64,000 nt of DNA from Escherichia coli. GTDB taxonomy: Bacteria; Pseudomonadota; Gammaproteobacteria; Enterobacterales; Enterobacteriaceae. Below are positions 25,925 to 37,325 of the stretch, in pieces. The notes under the pieces were generated by a model. The model worked only from the letters and a program-made list of their open reading frames with translations, made no database searches and had not been told where the DNA came from. A program made the translations under genes and the position numbers. The stretch lies in NCBI RefSeq assembly GCF_003334405.1, contig NZ_QOWM01000001.1; one strand, 5' to 3'. Positions within the stretch are counted from its first letter, which is position 1. Each line of letters starts with the position of its first letter.

Positions 25925-27361
25925 ATGAATCGTGATTCCTTTTATCCAGCCATCGCCTGTTTTCCGCTGTTACTGATGCTGGCCGGGTGTGCGCCTATGC
26001 ATGAAACCCGCCAGGCGTTAAGCCAGCAAACGCCCGCTGCACAAGTTGACACCGCATTACCCACGGCGCTGAAAAATGGTTGGCCAGACAGCCAATGGTG
26101 GCTGGAGTATCACGATAATCAACTCACTTCCTTAATTAACAATGCACTACAGAACGCACCGGATATGCAGGTGGCTGAACAGCGCATTCAGCTAGCTGAA
26201 GCCCAGGCGAAGGCAGTTGCCACTCAGGATGGTCCGCAGATCGACTTTTCGGCGGATATGGAGCGGCAAAAAATGTCGGCAGAAGGCTTAATGGGGCCGT
26301 TTGCTCTGAACGATCCGGCCGCAGGTACGACCGGCCCGTGGTACACCAACGGTACTTTTGGCTTAACGGCGGGCTGGCATCTCGATATCTGGGGAAAGAA
26401 TCGGGCGGAGGTTACTGCCCGCCTGGGTACGGTTAAAGCACGGGCGGCGGAACGCGAGCAAACCCGCCAATTGCTGGCTGGCAGCGTAGCCCGCCTGTAC
26501 TGGGAGTGGCAAACCCAGGCGGCGTTAAACACGGTCTTGCAGCAAATAGAAAAAGAGCAGAACACCATTATCGCGACCGATCGCCAGCTATATCAGAACG
26601 GGATTACTTCTTCAGTTGAAGGTGTGGAAACCGATATTAATGCCAGCAAAACCCGGCAGCAGCTCAACGATGTCGCGGGGAAAATGAAAATTATTGAGGC
26701 ACGGTTAAGCGCACTTACAAATAACCAGACAAAGTCATTGAAGCTTAAACCGGTCGCGTTGCCGAAAGTGGCAAGCCAGCTTCCTGATGAACTGGGGTAC
26801 TCCTTACTGGCCCGGCGGGCAGATTTGCAGGCGGCGCACTGGTACGTTGAGTCATCGCTAAGCACCATTGATGCGGCAAAAGCGGCATTTTATCCTGACA
26901 TCAACCTGATGGCCTTCCTGCAACAGGATGCGTTGCACTTAAGCGATCTGTTCCGTCATTCCGCGCAGCAAATGGGCGTTACGGCAGGCCTGACGCTACC
27001 CATTTTCGATAGTGGTCGTCTTAACGCCAATCTCGATATCGCAAAAGCCGAAAGCAACTTGTCTATCGCCAGCTACAACAAAGCGGTGGTTGAAGCGGTG
27101 AATGACGTGGCGCGGGCAGCCAGTCAGGTTCAGACACTGGCGGAGAAAAACCAGCATCAGGCGCAAATTGAGCGCGATGCCTTGCGTGTGGTAGGTCTTG
27201 CGCAGGCGCGCTTTAACGCGGGCATCATTGCTGGTTCCCGCGTCAGCGAAGCCAGAATCCCCGCGCTGCGTGAGCGGGCCAATGGCCTGTTATTGCAAGG
27301 GCAGTGGCTGGATGCCTCCATTCAACTCACTGGTGCGTTGGGCGGGGGTTACAAACGCTGA
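25925..27361 (+). CDS. mdtQ: outer membrane efflux lipoprotein (OMF/TolC-like family) MdtQ (YohG), apparently intact
   Basis: ORF 25835..27361; start at Met31 gives 478 aa with lipobox LLMLAGC. Confidence 0.8.
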   Translation: MNRDSFYPAIACFPLLLMLAGCAPMHETRQALSQQTPAAQVDTALPTALKNGWPDSQWWLEYHDNQLTSLINNALQNAPDMQVAEQRIQLAEAQAKAVATQDGPQIDFSADMERQKMSAEGLMGPFALNDPAAGTTGPWYTNGTFGLTAGWHLDIWGKNRAEVTARLGTVKARAAEREQTRQLLAGSVARLYWEWQTQAALNTVLQQIEKEQNTIIATDRQLYQNGITSSVEGVETDINASKTRQQLNDVAGKMKIIEARLSALTNNQTKSLKLKPVALPKVASQLPDELGYSLLARRADLQAAHWYVESSLSTIDAAKAAFYPDINLMAFLQQDALHLSDLFRHSAQQMGVTAGLTLPIFDSGRLNANLDIAKAESNLSIASYNKAVVEAVNDVARAASQVQTLAEKNQHQAQIERDALRVVGLAQARFNAGIIAGSRVSEARIPALRERANGLLLQGQWLDASIQLTGALGGGYKR

Positions 27362-27413
27362 TGATATGCGCCTTCTATACTTAACGTTTATTCAGCGTTA
27401 AGTGGAGAACTCG

Positions 27414-28175
27414 ATGGCACAGGTTGCGATTATTACCGCCTCCGATTCGGGGATCGGCAAAGAGTGCGCGTTATTACTGGCGCAGCAGGGGTTTGATATT
27501 GGTATTACCTGGCACTCAGATGAAGAAGGGGCAAAAGATACCGCGCGTGAGGTAGTTAGCCACGGCGTACGTGCGGAGATCGTGCAGCTGGATCTCGGCA
27601 ATCTACCAGAAGGGGCACTGGCGCTGGAGAAACTCATTCAACGGCTGGGGCGCATTGATGTGCTGGTGAATAATGCGGGTGCAATGACCAAAGCGCCGTT
27701 TCTTGATATGGCTTTTGATGAGTGGCGCAAGATTTTTACCGTTGATGTCGATGGTGCATTCTTATGCTCGCAAATTGCGGCTCGTCAGATGGTGAAACAA
27801 GGGCAGGGCGGTCGCATCATCAACATTACGTCGGTACATGAACATACGCCGCTGCCGGATGCCAGCGCCTACACAGCCGCTAAACATGCGCTCGGTGGGT
27901 TAACCAAAGCGATGGCGCTGGAGCTGGTCAGGCATAAGATTTTGGTGAACGCAGTCGCGCCTGGGGCGATCGCCACGCCAATGAATGGCATGGATGACAG
28001 CGACGTGAAGCCCGACGCGGAGCCTTCGATTCCCTTGCGGCGTTTTGGCGCAACGCATGAGATTGCCAGCCTGGTGGTGTGGCTTTGTTCGGAGGGCGCA
28101 AATTACACCACCGGGCAGTCGTTGATAGTGGATGGCGGCTTTATGTTGGCGAATCCACAGTTCAACCCAGAATAG
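27414..28175 (+). CDS. yohF: short-chain dehydrogenase/reductase YohF
   Basis: ORF 27402..28175; start at Met5; TASDSGIGKE Rossmann motif. Confidence 0.9.
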   Translation: MAQVAIITASDSGIGKECALLLAQQGFDIGITWHSDEEGAKDTAREVVSHGVRAEIVQLDLGNLPEGALALEKLIQRLGRIDVLVNNAGAMTKAPFLDMAFDEWRKIFTVDVDGAFLCSQIAARQMVKQGQGGRIINITSVHEHTPLPDASAYTAAKHALGGLTKAMALELVRHKILVNAVAPGAIATPMNGMDDSDVKPDAEPSIPLRRFGATHEIASLVVWLCSEGANYTTGQSLIVDGGFMLANPQFNPE

Positions 28176-28264
28176 CGCAGTGAGGTGCGTGGATATTTCA
28201 TTGGGTAATATTTTGGTCGGCATGAAAAGACGCACAAGCGTCGTATCAGGCATGGTACTCCGGA

Positions 28265-28293
28265 TGTCGGATGCGGCGCGAACGCCTTATCCA
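28265..28293. repeat. REP-like element
   Basis: ggatgcggcgcgaacgccttatcc between convergent yohF and yohD. Confidence 0.5.
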
Positions 28294-28304
28294 GGGCAAT
28301 GGTT

Positions 28305-28883
28305 TTACGCCTGATGATCCGGCTTTTTCTTCCCGCGTCGTTTCAGCCACCAGCGCACGCCCACCACCAGAACCACGACCAGAATCAACCAGACCCAGTG
28401 CTTCAAATGCTGGTCGAGATTGTGCAACCACGGCGCAATCACCTGACCACCAGCGTAACCAATAGTGGTAAAAATCAACGCCCAGGCAAATGCGCCGAGA
28501 ATATTCAGCGGCAGAAAGATTTTCGGCGGCAGCTGGCTGGCACCAATCAGCGTCGGGCCAATCACCCGAAAGCCATACATAAAGCGCGTACCAATGACAA
28601 ACAGATACGGATGGCGTTGGATAAGTTTCTGCGCCCGCTCAATTTTATCCTGATGTTTCGAGAAACGGCGTAACAGCTTGCCGCCAAACCGCCGCCCGCA
28701 CAGATAGAGCACCTGGTCGCCAATCATGCCGCCAAGCGCCACAGAAAGTACCACCAGCGGGAACTTTAATAGCCCCTGATGCGCCGCAACGCCTCCCAGC
28801 AAAGTCACGGTTTCACCTTCCGCCAGGCTACCGATCACCAGCGCGGCATAACCATATTGTGAGATAAGTGTATTGAGATCCAT
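28305..28883 (-). CDS. yohD: DedA-family inner membrane protein YohD
   Basis: ORF 28305..28919; start at Met13 giving 192 aa. Confidence 0.85.
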   Translation of the reverse strand: MDLNTLISQYGYAALVIGSLAEGETVTLLGGVAAHQGLLKFPLVVLSVALGGMIGDQVLYLCGRRFGGKLLRRFSKHQDKIERAQKLIQRHPYLFVIGTRFMYGFRVIGPTLIGASQLPPKIFLPLNILGAFAWALIFTTIGYAGGQVIAPWLHNLDQHLKHWVWLILVVVLVVGVRWWLKRRGKKKPDHQA

Positions 28884-29052
28884 AGGCCAGTCTGTCTCCC
28901 TTTGGTTGCCAGTAAGCATACACCCTGTGAATCATTCACGCTGAAAAAGGACGTTCATCAGACAGTGAAAATTACATGGGCGAACAAAAAATAATCACAA
29001 GCTGACTTATACTTGAACTGTCAGGTTCATGAACTCACAACAAGGGGGCGGT

Positions 29053-29640
29053 ATGAGCCATGTCTGGGGACTGTTTTCCCATCCCGATCGTGAAATGCAG
29101 GTGATTAATCGCGAAAACGAAACGATTTCTCACCATTACACCCACCACGTTTTGCTGATGGCGGCGATTCCGGTGATTTGCGCCTTCATTGGCACTACAC
29201 AGATTGGCTGGAATTTTGGCGATGGCACTATCCTGAAGTTATCCTGGTTTACCGGACTGGCGCTGGCTGTCTTGTTTTACGGCGTTATGCTGGCTGGGGT
29301 CGCGGTGATGGGGCGGGTCATCTGGTGGATGGCGCGTAATTATCCGCAGCGTCCGTCACTTGCGCACTGCATGGTCTTCGCGGGCTACGTTGCAACTCCG
29401 CTGTTTTTAAGCGGTCTGGTGGCGCTTTATCCACTGGTCTGGTTGTGTGCGCTGGTCGGCACGGTGGCGCTGTTTTACACCGGCTACCTGCTTTACCTTG
29501 GTATTCCGAGCTTCCTGAATATCAACAAAGAGGAAGGCCTTAGCTTCTCTAGTTCGACGCTGGCGATTGGCGTGCTGGTACTGGAAGTGCTGCTCGCCCT
29601 AACCGTTATACTATGGGGCTACGGTTATCGTTTGTTCTAG
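29053..29640 (+). CDS. yohC: Yip1-family inner membrane protein YohC
   Basis: ORF 29029..29640; start at Met9 giving 195 aa. Confidence 0.85.
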   Translation: MSHVWGLFSHPDREMQVINRENETISHHYTHHVLLMAAIPVICAFIGTTQIGWNFGDGTILKLSWFTGLALAVLFYGVMLAGVAVMGRVIWWMARNYPQRPSLAHCMVFAGYVATPLFLSGLVALYPLVWLCALVGTVALFYTGYLLYLGIPSFLNINKEEGLSFSSSTLAIGVLVLEVLLALTVILWGYGYRLF

Positions 29641-29813
29641 AAAGTTCTTTGACGTTGCATTGCTGGCGTAAATGTCAGCAATGCAGCATTTCCTCACGAT
29701 TCTCCTTTGACGATCGCACTTTTTGCTCGTTATGATGGCGTCGCTAGCCTCAGTAAATCCTTACTCCGGCGGTGCGCAACCCGTGCGCGTGAACCACTAT
29801 CTGAATGCTCATC

Positions 29814-30746
29814 ATGCCGAAATTTCGAGTTTCTTTATTTAGCCTGGCCCTGATGCTGGCTGTGCCTTTTGCACCGCAGGCCGTTGCGAAAACGGCAGCC
29901 GCTACCACCGCTTCACAACCGGAAATTGCCTCCGGTAGCGCGATGATTGTTGATCTGAATACCAACAAAGTGATCTATTCGAACCACCCGGATCTGGTGC
30001 GTCCGATTGCGTCTATCAGCAAATTAATGACCGCGATGGTTGTGCTGGATGCACGACTGCCGCTGGATGAAAAACTAAAAGTGGATATCAGCCAGACGCC
30101 GGAGATGAAAGGGGTCTATTCGCGCGTACGACTGAATAGCGAAATCAGCCGTAAAGATATGCTGTTGCTGGCGCTGATGTCTTCAGAAAACCGCGCGGCG
30201 GCAAGCCTTGCGCACCATTATCCCGGTGGTTACAAAGCCTTTATTAAGGCAATGAATGCGAAAGCGAAATCGCTCGGAATGAACAACACGCGCTTTGTTG
30301 AACCTACCGGATTGTCGGTGCATAACGTTTCAACTGCCCGTGACTTAACCAAACTGCTCATTGCCAGCAAACAATATCCGTTGATCGGGCAGTTAAGTAC
30401 TACCCGGGAAGATATGGCAACCTTCTCTAATCCGACGTATACGCTGCCGTTCCGCAATACTAATCATCTGGTGTATCGCGATAACTGGAATATTCAGTTA
30501 ACCAAAACCGGCTTTACCAATGCGGCGGGCCATTGTCTGGTGATGCGTACGGTTATCAATAATAAACCGGTGGCGCTGGTAGTGATGGACGCGTTTGGCA
30601 AATATACCCATTTTGCCGATGCCAGCCGCCTGCGTACCTGGATTGAAACCGGTAAAGTGATGCCTGTGCCGGCAGCAGCGTTGAGCTATAAAAAACAAAA
30701 AGCCGCCCAAATGGCGGCGGCGGGGCAGACGGCACAGAACGATTAA
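29814..30746 (+). CDS. pbpG: D-alanyl-D-alanine endopeptidase PBP7
   Basis: ORF 29805..30746; start at Met4; signal peptide and SxxK motif (ASISKLMT). Confidence 0.9.
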
Positions 30747-30754
30747 GTGAATTC

Positions 30755-30776
30755 GGATGGCGATACTCTGCCATCC
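30755..30776. terminator. hairpin between convergent pbpG and dld (likely bidirectional terminator)
   Basis: ggatggc-gatactct-gccatcc followed by gtaattttt. Confidence 0.55.
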
Positions 30777-30783
30777 GTAATTT

Positions 30784-32499
30784 TTACTCCACTTCCTGCC
30801 AGTTTTTCCGTTTACTGGTTTTACCGATCCCCGGATTCATGCTGTTGGTCGGATCGTTCTCGCGATAGAACTTCTGCAACGTCTCCGGTGCTTTATACAA
30901 ATGACCGACGTTATGCTCGGCAGGGTACTGCGCGCCGCGCTGCTGTAGCAGTTCCAGCATCTGTTCTTTTAACGCATGCACATCCACGCCTTTTTTCACT
31001 ATGTAATCCTGATGGAAGACATAGCACATAAAATGGCCGTAATAGAGCTTGTGCACCAGCTGGCTGTCGATCTCCGGCGGTAAATGCTCATACCACTCGG
31101 TGTCGTTACGCCGCAGAGCGATATCCAACGCCAGAATGTCTTCGACTTCATCGGAATGCACCGCCTGATAACGAATTGCTGCGCCCGCAGCGGCGAAACG
31201 GTGTAAAAACGCTTTGCTGCCTTCCTCCGGCGTACAGACAAAGAAATCGCCTTCGGCCTGTTTGAAATAATCCACCAGCCACGATTTGGCTTCGCCCACG
31301 CCATCGCCCGCCATTTTTAACAGCAGATGATGCTCGTATTTATCGCGCCAGTTTTTCATGCGCGGCGGTAAATGGCTGGGGAACAGGTGACCGAATTTTT
31401 GCATCGCACGGTCAGTAAAATGCGGACGGAAGAATTTCACTTTCTCCAGCATCGCATCGGTGCGTCCCTTGAGATTAAAGAAGAACGGCATCTTGTCGGT
31501 GCCTAACTTATCAATCATCAGGAAGGTGTCTTTGCCGTATTTTTCCGCAATATCGTAGATATCCCGGTGCATATATTCCCCGGCAACCGGCAGATTTTCG
31601 AAGTTAGCCAGAATATGACGGCGGATTTCGGTCAGCACTTCCGGCTGGTTGGTGCCGATATAAAACACCTGCTGATTTTTTTCCGCTTCGAAGGTATCAA
31701 GACGTACTGCAAAGACCGCCAGCTTCCCGGCGCAACCAGAAGATTCAAATAACCGATCAGGATCGGCGTTATAACGTGCGGGCGTGTCGGCTTCAATATC
31801 ACGAACGCGGTGGACATAGTCATAATCGTGGGCGTGACGACCATCGTGACGCACATCGTCATCTTTGATGCGATCATCATCCAGCTTGCTAAGGATCTGC
31901 TCCGGCGTTTCGCCCAGATCAATCCCCAGATGGTTCACCAGCGTCAGTTTGCCGTCTTCATTTATACGCGCGAATAACGACATTTCGGTATACGCCGGGC
32001 CACGTTGCACCAGCGAGCCGCCGGAGTTGTTACAAATACCGCCGATGACCGATGCGCCTATACACGATGATCCAATCACTGAGTGCGGTTCGCGTCCCAG
32101 CGGTTTGAGGGCTTTTTCCAGCGAATAGAGCGTGGTGCCCGGATAGGCCAGCACCTGTTCGCCCTTGCCAAGAACGTGCAGCTTGTCGAGACGCAGGGTG
32201 CTGATGATAACGACATCGCGATCATAATCGTTACCGTTTGGCGTCGATCCTTCGGTCAGGCCTGTATTGGCGGCCTGCATCAGAATAATTTTGTCGGCGG
32301 TGACGCAGGCTTTCAGCACCCGCCACAATTCTAGTAGTGAGCCAGGGAAAACGACAGCCAGCGCGTCGCCCTGACCAGAACGGAAGCCCTTGCGATAGCG
32401 GGCCGTTTTTGCGGGATCGGTGAGCAGGTGTGAAGAACCCACCAGACGAGCAAGTTCATTCAAAAAGGCTTTATTATCAGTTGTTGTCATGGAAGACAT
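30784..32499 (-). CDS. dld: FAD-dependent D-lactate dehydrogenase
   Basis: ORF 30784..32532; start at Met12 (MSSMTTTDNKAF...) giving 571 aa. Confidence 0.95.
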   Translation of the reverse strand: MSSMTTTDNKAFLNELARLVGSSHLLTDPAKTARYRKGFRSGQGDALAVVFPGSLLELWRVLKACVTADKIILMQAANTGLTEGSTPNGNDYDRDVVIISTLRLDKLHVLGKGEQVLAYPGTTLYSLEKALKPLGREPHSVIGSSCIGASVIGGICNNSGGSLVQRGPAYTEMSLFARINEDGKLTLVNHLGIDLGETPEQILSKLDDDRIKDDDVRHDGRHAHDYDYVHRVRDIEADTPARYNADPDRLFESSGCAGKLAVFAVRLDTFEAEKNQQVFYIGTNQPEVLTEIRRHILANFENLPVAGEYMHRDIYDIAEKYGKDTFLMIDKLGTDKMPFFFNLKGRTDAMLEKVKFFRPHFTDRAMQKFGHLFPSHLPPRMKNWRDKYEHHLLLKMAGDGVGEAKSWLVDYFKQAEGDFFVCTPEEGSKAFLHRFAAAGAAIRYQAVHSDEVEDILALDIALRRNDTEWYEHLPPEIDSQLVHKLYYGHFMCYVFHQDYIVKKGVDVHALKEQMLELLQQRGAQYPAEHNVGHLYKAPETLQKFYRENDPTNSMNPGIGKTSKRKNWQEVE

Positions 32500-32694
32500 T
32501 TTCCACTCCTTGTGGTGGCGAAAAAATATCACAAACTAGAATAGCGCCTTGTATAACAATTCAGCGAGTGAATATTTTGAAAATTCAGACAATAAACTGA
32601 GCATTCTTTTTCTCTCTCCATCATGCTTATGGCAAACTACGGTTTTTGCACCATTTTCGCTGCCACGTCGGGCAACAAAGGAAGAAAAATCCAT

Positions 32695-34992
32695 ATGAAA
32701 TGGCTATGTTCAGTAGGAATCGCGGTGAGTCTGGCCCTGCAGCCAGCACTGGCGGATGATTTATTCGGCAACCATCCATTAACGCCCGAAGCGCGGGATG
32801 CGTTCGTCACCGAACTGCTTAAGAAAATGACAGTTGATGAGAAAATTGGTCAGCTGCGCTTAATCAGCGTCGGCCCGGATAACCCGAAAGAGGCGATCCG
32901 CGAGATGATCAAAGACGGTCAGGTTGGGGCGATTTTCAACACCGTAACCCGTCAGGATATCCGCGCCATGCAGGATCAGGTGATGGAATTAAGCCGCCTG
33001 AAAATTCCTCTTTTCTTTGCTTACGACGTGCTGCACGGTCAGCGCACGGTGTTCCCGATTAGCCTCGGTCTGGCCTCGTCTTTTAACCTCGATGCAGTGA
33101 AAACGGTCGGACGTGTCTCTGCTTATGAAGCGGCAGATGATGGCCTGAATATGACCTGGGCACCGATGGTCGATGTCTCGCGCGATCCGCGCTGGGGACG
33201 TGCTTCCGAAGGTTTTGGCGAAGATACGTATCTCACCTCAATAATGGGTAAAACCATGGTGGAAGCGATGCAGGGTAAAAGCCCGGCAGATCGCTACTCG
33301 GTGATGACCAGCGTCAAACACTTTGCCGCATACGGTGCGGTAGAAGGCGGTAAAGAGTACAACACCGTCGATATGAGTCCGCAGCGCCTGTTTAATGATT
33401 ATATGCCGCCGTACAAAGCGGGGCTGGACGCAGGCAGCGGCGCGGTGATGGTGGCGCTGAACTCGCTGAACGGCACGCCAGCCACCTCCGATTCCTGGCT
33501 GCTGAAAGATGTTCTGCGCGACCAGTGGGGCTTTAAAGGCATCACCGTTTCCGATCACGGTGCAATCAAAGAGCTGATTAAACATGGCACGGCGGCAGAC
33601 CCGGAAGATGCGGTGCGCGTGGCGCTGAAATCCGGAATCAACATGAGTATGAGCGACGAGTACTACTCGAAGTATCTGCCTGGGTTGATTAAATCCGGTA
33701 AAGTGACGATGGCAGAGCTGGACGATGCTGCCCGCCATGTACTGAACGTTAAATATGATATGGGGTTGTTTAACGACCCATACAGCCATCTCGGTCCGAA
33801 AGAGTCTGACCCGGTGGATACCAATGCCGAAAGCCGCTTGCACCGCAAAGAAGCGCGTGAAGTGGCGCGTGAAAGCCTGGTGTTGCTGAAAAACCGTCTC
33901 GAAACGTTACCGCTGAAAAAATCCGCAACCATTGCGGTGGTTGGCCCGCTGGCAGACAGCAAGCGTGACGTGATGGGAAGCTGGTCGGCGGCAGGTGTTG
34001 CAGATCAATCCGTGACCGTGCTGACCGGGATTAAAAATGCCGTCGGTGAAAACGGTAAAGTGCTGTATGCCAAAGGGGCGAACGTTACCAGTGACAAAGG
34101 CATTATCGATTTCCTGAATCAGTATGAAGAAGCGGTCAAAGTCGATCCGCGTTCGCCGCAAGAGATGATTGATGAAGCGGTGCAGACGGCGAAACAATCT
34201 GATGTGGTGGTGGCTGTAGTCGGTGAAGCACAGGGGATGGCGCACGAGGCCTCCAGCCGTACCGATATTACTATTCCGCAAAGCCAACGTGACTTGATTG
34301 CGGCGCTGAAAGCCACCGGTAAACCGCTGGTGCTGGTGCTGATGAACGGGCGTCCGCTGGCGCTGGTGAAAGAAGATCAGCAGGCTGATGCGATTCTGGA
34401 AACCTGGTTTGCGGGGACTGAAGGCGGTAATGCAATTGCCGATGTGTTGTTTGGCGATTACAACCCGTCCGGCAAGCTGCCGATGTCCTTCCCGCGTTCT
34501 GTCGGGCAGATCCCGGTGTACTACAGCCATCTGAACACCGGTCGTCCGTATAATGCCGACAAGCCGAACAAATACACTTCGCGTTATTTTGATGAAGCTA
34601 ACGGGGCGCTTTATCCGTTCGGCTATGGTCTGAGCTATACCACTTTCACCGTCTCTGATGTGAAACTTTCTGCGCCGACCATGAAGCGTGACGGCAAAGT
34701 GACGGCCAGCGTGCAGGTGACGAACACCGGTAAACGCGAAGGGGCCACGGTAGTGCAGATGTACTTGCAGGATGTGACGGCTTCCATGAGTCGTCCGGTG
34801 AAACAGCTGAAAGGCTTTGAGAAAATCACCCTGAAACCGGGCGAAACTCAGACCGTTAGCTTCCCGATTGATATCGAGGCGCTGAAGTTCTGGAATCAAC
34901 AGATGAAATATGACGCCGAGCCTGGCAAGTTCAATGTCTTTATCGGCACTGATTCCGCACGCGTTAAGAAAGGCGAGTTTGAGTTGCTGTAA
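32695..34992 (+). CDS. bglX: periplasmic beta-glucosidase (GH3)
   Basis: ORF 32623..34992; start at Met25 (MKWLCSVGIAVSLALQPALA...) giving 765 aa. Confidence 0.95.
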   Translation: MKWLCSVGIAVSLALQPALADDLFGNHPLTPEARDAFVTELLKKMTVDEKIGQLRLISVGPDNPKEAIREMIKDGQVGAIFNTVTRQDIRAMQDQVMELSRLKIPLFFAYDVLHGQRTVFPISLGLASSFNLDAVKTVGRVSAYEAADDGLNMTWAPMVDVSRDPRWGRASEGFGEDTYLTSIMGKTMVEAMQGKSPADRYSVMTSVKHFAAYGAVEGGKEYNTVDMSPQRLFNDYMPPYKAGLDAGSGAVMVALNSLNGTPATSDSWLLKDVLRDQWGFKGITVSDHGAIKELIKHGTAADPEDAVRVALKSGINMSMSDEYYSKYLPGLIKSGKVTMAELDDAARHVLNVKYDMGLFNDPYSHLGPKESDPVDTNAESRLHRKEAREVARESLVLLKNRLETLPLKKSATIAVVGPLADSKRDVMGSWSAAGVADQSVTVLTGIKNAVGENGKVLYAKGANVTSDKGIIDFLNQYEEAVKVDPRSPQEMIDEAVQTAKQSDVVVAVVGEAQGMAHEASSRTDITIPQSQRDLIAALKATGKPLVLVLMNGRPLALVKEDQQADAILETWFAGTEGGNAIADVLFGDYNPSGKLPMSFPRSVGQIPVYYSHLNTGRPYNADKPNKYTSRYFDEANGALYPFGYGLSYTTFTVSDVKLSAPTMKRDGKVTASVQVTNTGKREGATVVQMYLQDVTASMSRPVKQLKGFEKITLKPGETQTVSFPIDIEALKFWNQQMKYDAEPGKFNVFIGTDSARVKKGEFELL

Positions 34993-35066
34993 TGCTTTAG
35001 TAAGGGCGTGACATTTGCGCCCTTTGCCTGATGTTCATATCTTAACTTGCTGAATTTTCGCCCTTT

Positions 35067-35103
35067 GTAGGCCGGATAAGGCGCTCGCGCCGCATCCGGC
35101 AGG
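35067..35103. repeat. REP element downstream of bglX
   Basis: gtaggccggataaggcgctcgcgccgcatccggcagg. Confidence 0.7.
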
Positions 35104-35243
35104 AAACGCCGGACCGAATATGCCTCTTAAGTATTTATCTGATTCTGCAACTGAATCCGTCCGCTCAGGCTAATCCCGCCATTATCAACTATGCTTTTCT
35201 CTTAATTCGCTGAAAACAACAGTAAAAGAATGAGGAAAGCATC

Positions 35244-36161
35244 ATGCCACTCTCAAAGGTCTGGGCAGGTTCACTGGTTTTGTTGGCAGCCGTGAGCCTG
35301 CCGCTGCACGCGGCTTCCCCCGTTAAAGTCGGTTCAAAAATCGATACTGAAGGCGCGCTGCTCGGCAATATCATTTTGCAGGTACTGGAAAGCCACGGCG
35401 TACCGACGGTCAATAAAGTGCAACTCGGAACGACTCCTGTGGTGCGCGGGGCGATTACTTCCGGTGAACTGGATATCTATCCGGAATATACCGGCAATGG
35501 CGCGTTTTTCTTTAAAGATGAAAACGATGCAGCGTGGAAAAACGCGCAGCAAGGTTACGAGAAAGTCAAAAAACTCGATGCAGAGCAAAACAAGTTAATC
35601 TGGCTGACGCCCGCACCTGCAAATAACACCTGGACCATCGCCGTGCGTCAGGATGTGGCAGAGAAAAACAAACTCACTTCGCTTGCTGACCTGAGTCGTT
35701 ATCTGAAAGAGGGCGGCACCTTCAAACTGGCAGCCTCGGCAGAGTTTATCGAACGCGCCGATGCCTTACCCGCGTTTGAAAAAGCCTATGGCTTTAAGCT
35801 CGGTCAGGATCAGTTGCTGTCACTGGCTGGTGGCGACACGGCGGTGACGATTAAAGCCGCTGCCCAGCAAACTTCTGGCGTTAATGCCGCAATGGCTTAC
35901 GGCACTGACGGTCCGGTCGCGGCGCTGGGGCTGCAAACCTTAAGCGATCCGCAAGGCGTGCAACCTATCTACGCGCCTGCACCAGTGGTGCGTGAGTCGG
36001 TGCTGAAAGAGTATCCGCAAATGGCACAGTGGCTACAGCCAGTCTTCGCCAGCCTCGATGCAAAAACATTGCAGCAACTGAATGCCAGCATTGCAGTGGA
36101 AGGACTGGATGCCAAAAAAGTGGCTGCCGACTACCTGAAACAAAAAGGGTGGGCGAAGTAA
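35244..36161 (+). CDS. osmF: glycine betaine ABC transporter periplasmic binding protein OsmF (YehZ)
   Basis: 305-aa ORF with signal peptide; first gene of osmF-yehYXW. Confidence 0.9.
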   Translation: MPLSKVWAGSLVLLAAVSLPLHAASPVKVGSKIDTEGALLGNIILQVLESHGVPTVNKVQLGTTPVVRGAITSGELDIYPEYTGNGAFFFKDENDAAWKNAQQGYEKVKKLDAEQNKLIWLTPAPANNTWTIAVRQDVAEKNKLTSLADLSRYLKEGGTFKLAASAEFIERADALPAFEKAYGFKLGQDQLLSLAGGDTAVTIKAAAQQTSGVNAAMAYGTDGPVAALGLQTLSDPQGVQPIYAPAPVVRESVLKEYPQMAQWLQPVFASLDAKTLQQLNASIAVEGLDAKKVAADYLKQKGWAK

Positions 36162-36167
36162 TTTCCC

Positions 36168-37325
36168 GTGACTTATCTACGTATTAATCCTGTTCTGGCG
36201 CTGCTGCTGTTGCTGACGGCAATCGCAGCAGCGCTGCCGTTTATCAGCTACGCGCCTAATCGTTTAGTCTCGGGTGAAGGGCGTCATCTCTGGCAACTGT
36301 GGCCGCAAACGATCTGGATGCTGGTGGGCGTTGGTTGCGCCTGGCTGACAGCCTGTTTTATTCCCGCTAAAAAAGGCAGCATTTTTGCACTCATTCTGGC
36401 GCAATTCGTCTTCGTATTGCTGGTGTGGGGAGCTGGAAAGGCGGCGACCCAACTGGCGCAAAATGGCAGTGCGCTGGCGCGTACCAGCCTCGGCAGTGGT
36501 TTCTGGCTGGCTGCGGCGCTGGCATTGCTGGCCTGTAGCGATGCCATCCGCCGAATCTCCACGCATCCGCTGTGGCGCTGGTTGTTGCATATGCAGATTG
36601 CCATTATTCCGCTGTGGTTGCTTTACTCCGGCACGCTTAACGATCTCTCGCTAATGAAAGAATACGCCAACCGTCAGGATGTGTTTGACGACGCGCTGGC
36701 TCAACATCTGACGTTGCTGTTTGGTGCGGTGCTGCCTGCGTTAGTGATTGGTGTGCCATTGGGCATCTGGTGCTACTTTTCCACCGCGCGGCAGGGGGCG
36801 ATTTTTTCTCTGCTCAATGTCATTCAGACCGTGCCTTCGGTGGCGCTCTTTGGCCTGTTGATTGCGCCGCTTGCCGCGCTGGTGACGGCCTTTCCGTGGC
36901 TGGGGAAGCTCGGCATAGCAGGAACCGGAATGACACCCGCACTGATTGCGCTGGTGCTCTATGCCTTGCTGCCGCTGGTGCGCGGCGTGGTAGTAGCCTT
37001 GAACCAGATCCCGCGCGATGTGCTGGAGAGCGCCAGAGCGATGGGGATGAGCGGGGCGCAGCGATTCCTGCATGTTCAGTTACCGCTGGCGTTACCGGTA
37101 TTTCTGCGCAGCCTGCGGGTGGTGATGGTGCAAACTGTAGGCATGGCGGTGATTGCGGCGTTAATCGGCGCAGGCGGTTTTGGTGCGCTGGTTTTCCAGG
37201 GGCTGCTAAGCAGCGCCATTGATTTAGTGTTGCTGGGGGTGATCCCGGTAATTGTTCTGGCGGTGCTGATCGATGCGCTGTTCGATTTACTTATCGCACT
37301 GTTGAAGGTGAAACGTAATGATTGA
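36168..37325 (+). CDS. yehY: ABC transporter permease YehY
   Basis: 385-aa hydrophobic ORF, GTG start, 6 nt after osmF. Confidence 0.9.
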   Translation: MTYLRINPVLALLLLLTAIAAALPFISYAPNRLVSGEGRHLWQLWPQTIWMLVGVGCAWLTACFIPAKKGSIFALILAQFVFVLLVWGAGKAATQLAQNGSALARTSLGSGFWLAAALALLACSDAIRRISTHPLWRWLLHMQIAIIPLWLLYSGTLNDLSLMKEYANRQDVFDDALAQHLTLLFGAVLPALVIGVPLGIWCYFSTARQGAIFSLLNVIQTVPSVALFGLLIAPLAALVTAFPWLGKLGIAGTGMTPALIALVLYALLPLVRGVVVALNQIPRDVLESARAMGMSGAQRFLHVQLPLALPVFLRSLRVVMVQTVGMAVIAALIGAGGFGALVFQGLLSSAIDLVLLGVIPVIVLAVLIDALFDLLIALLKVKRND

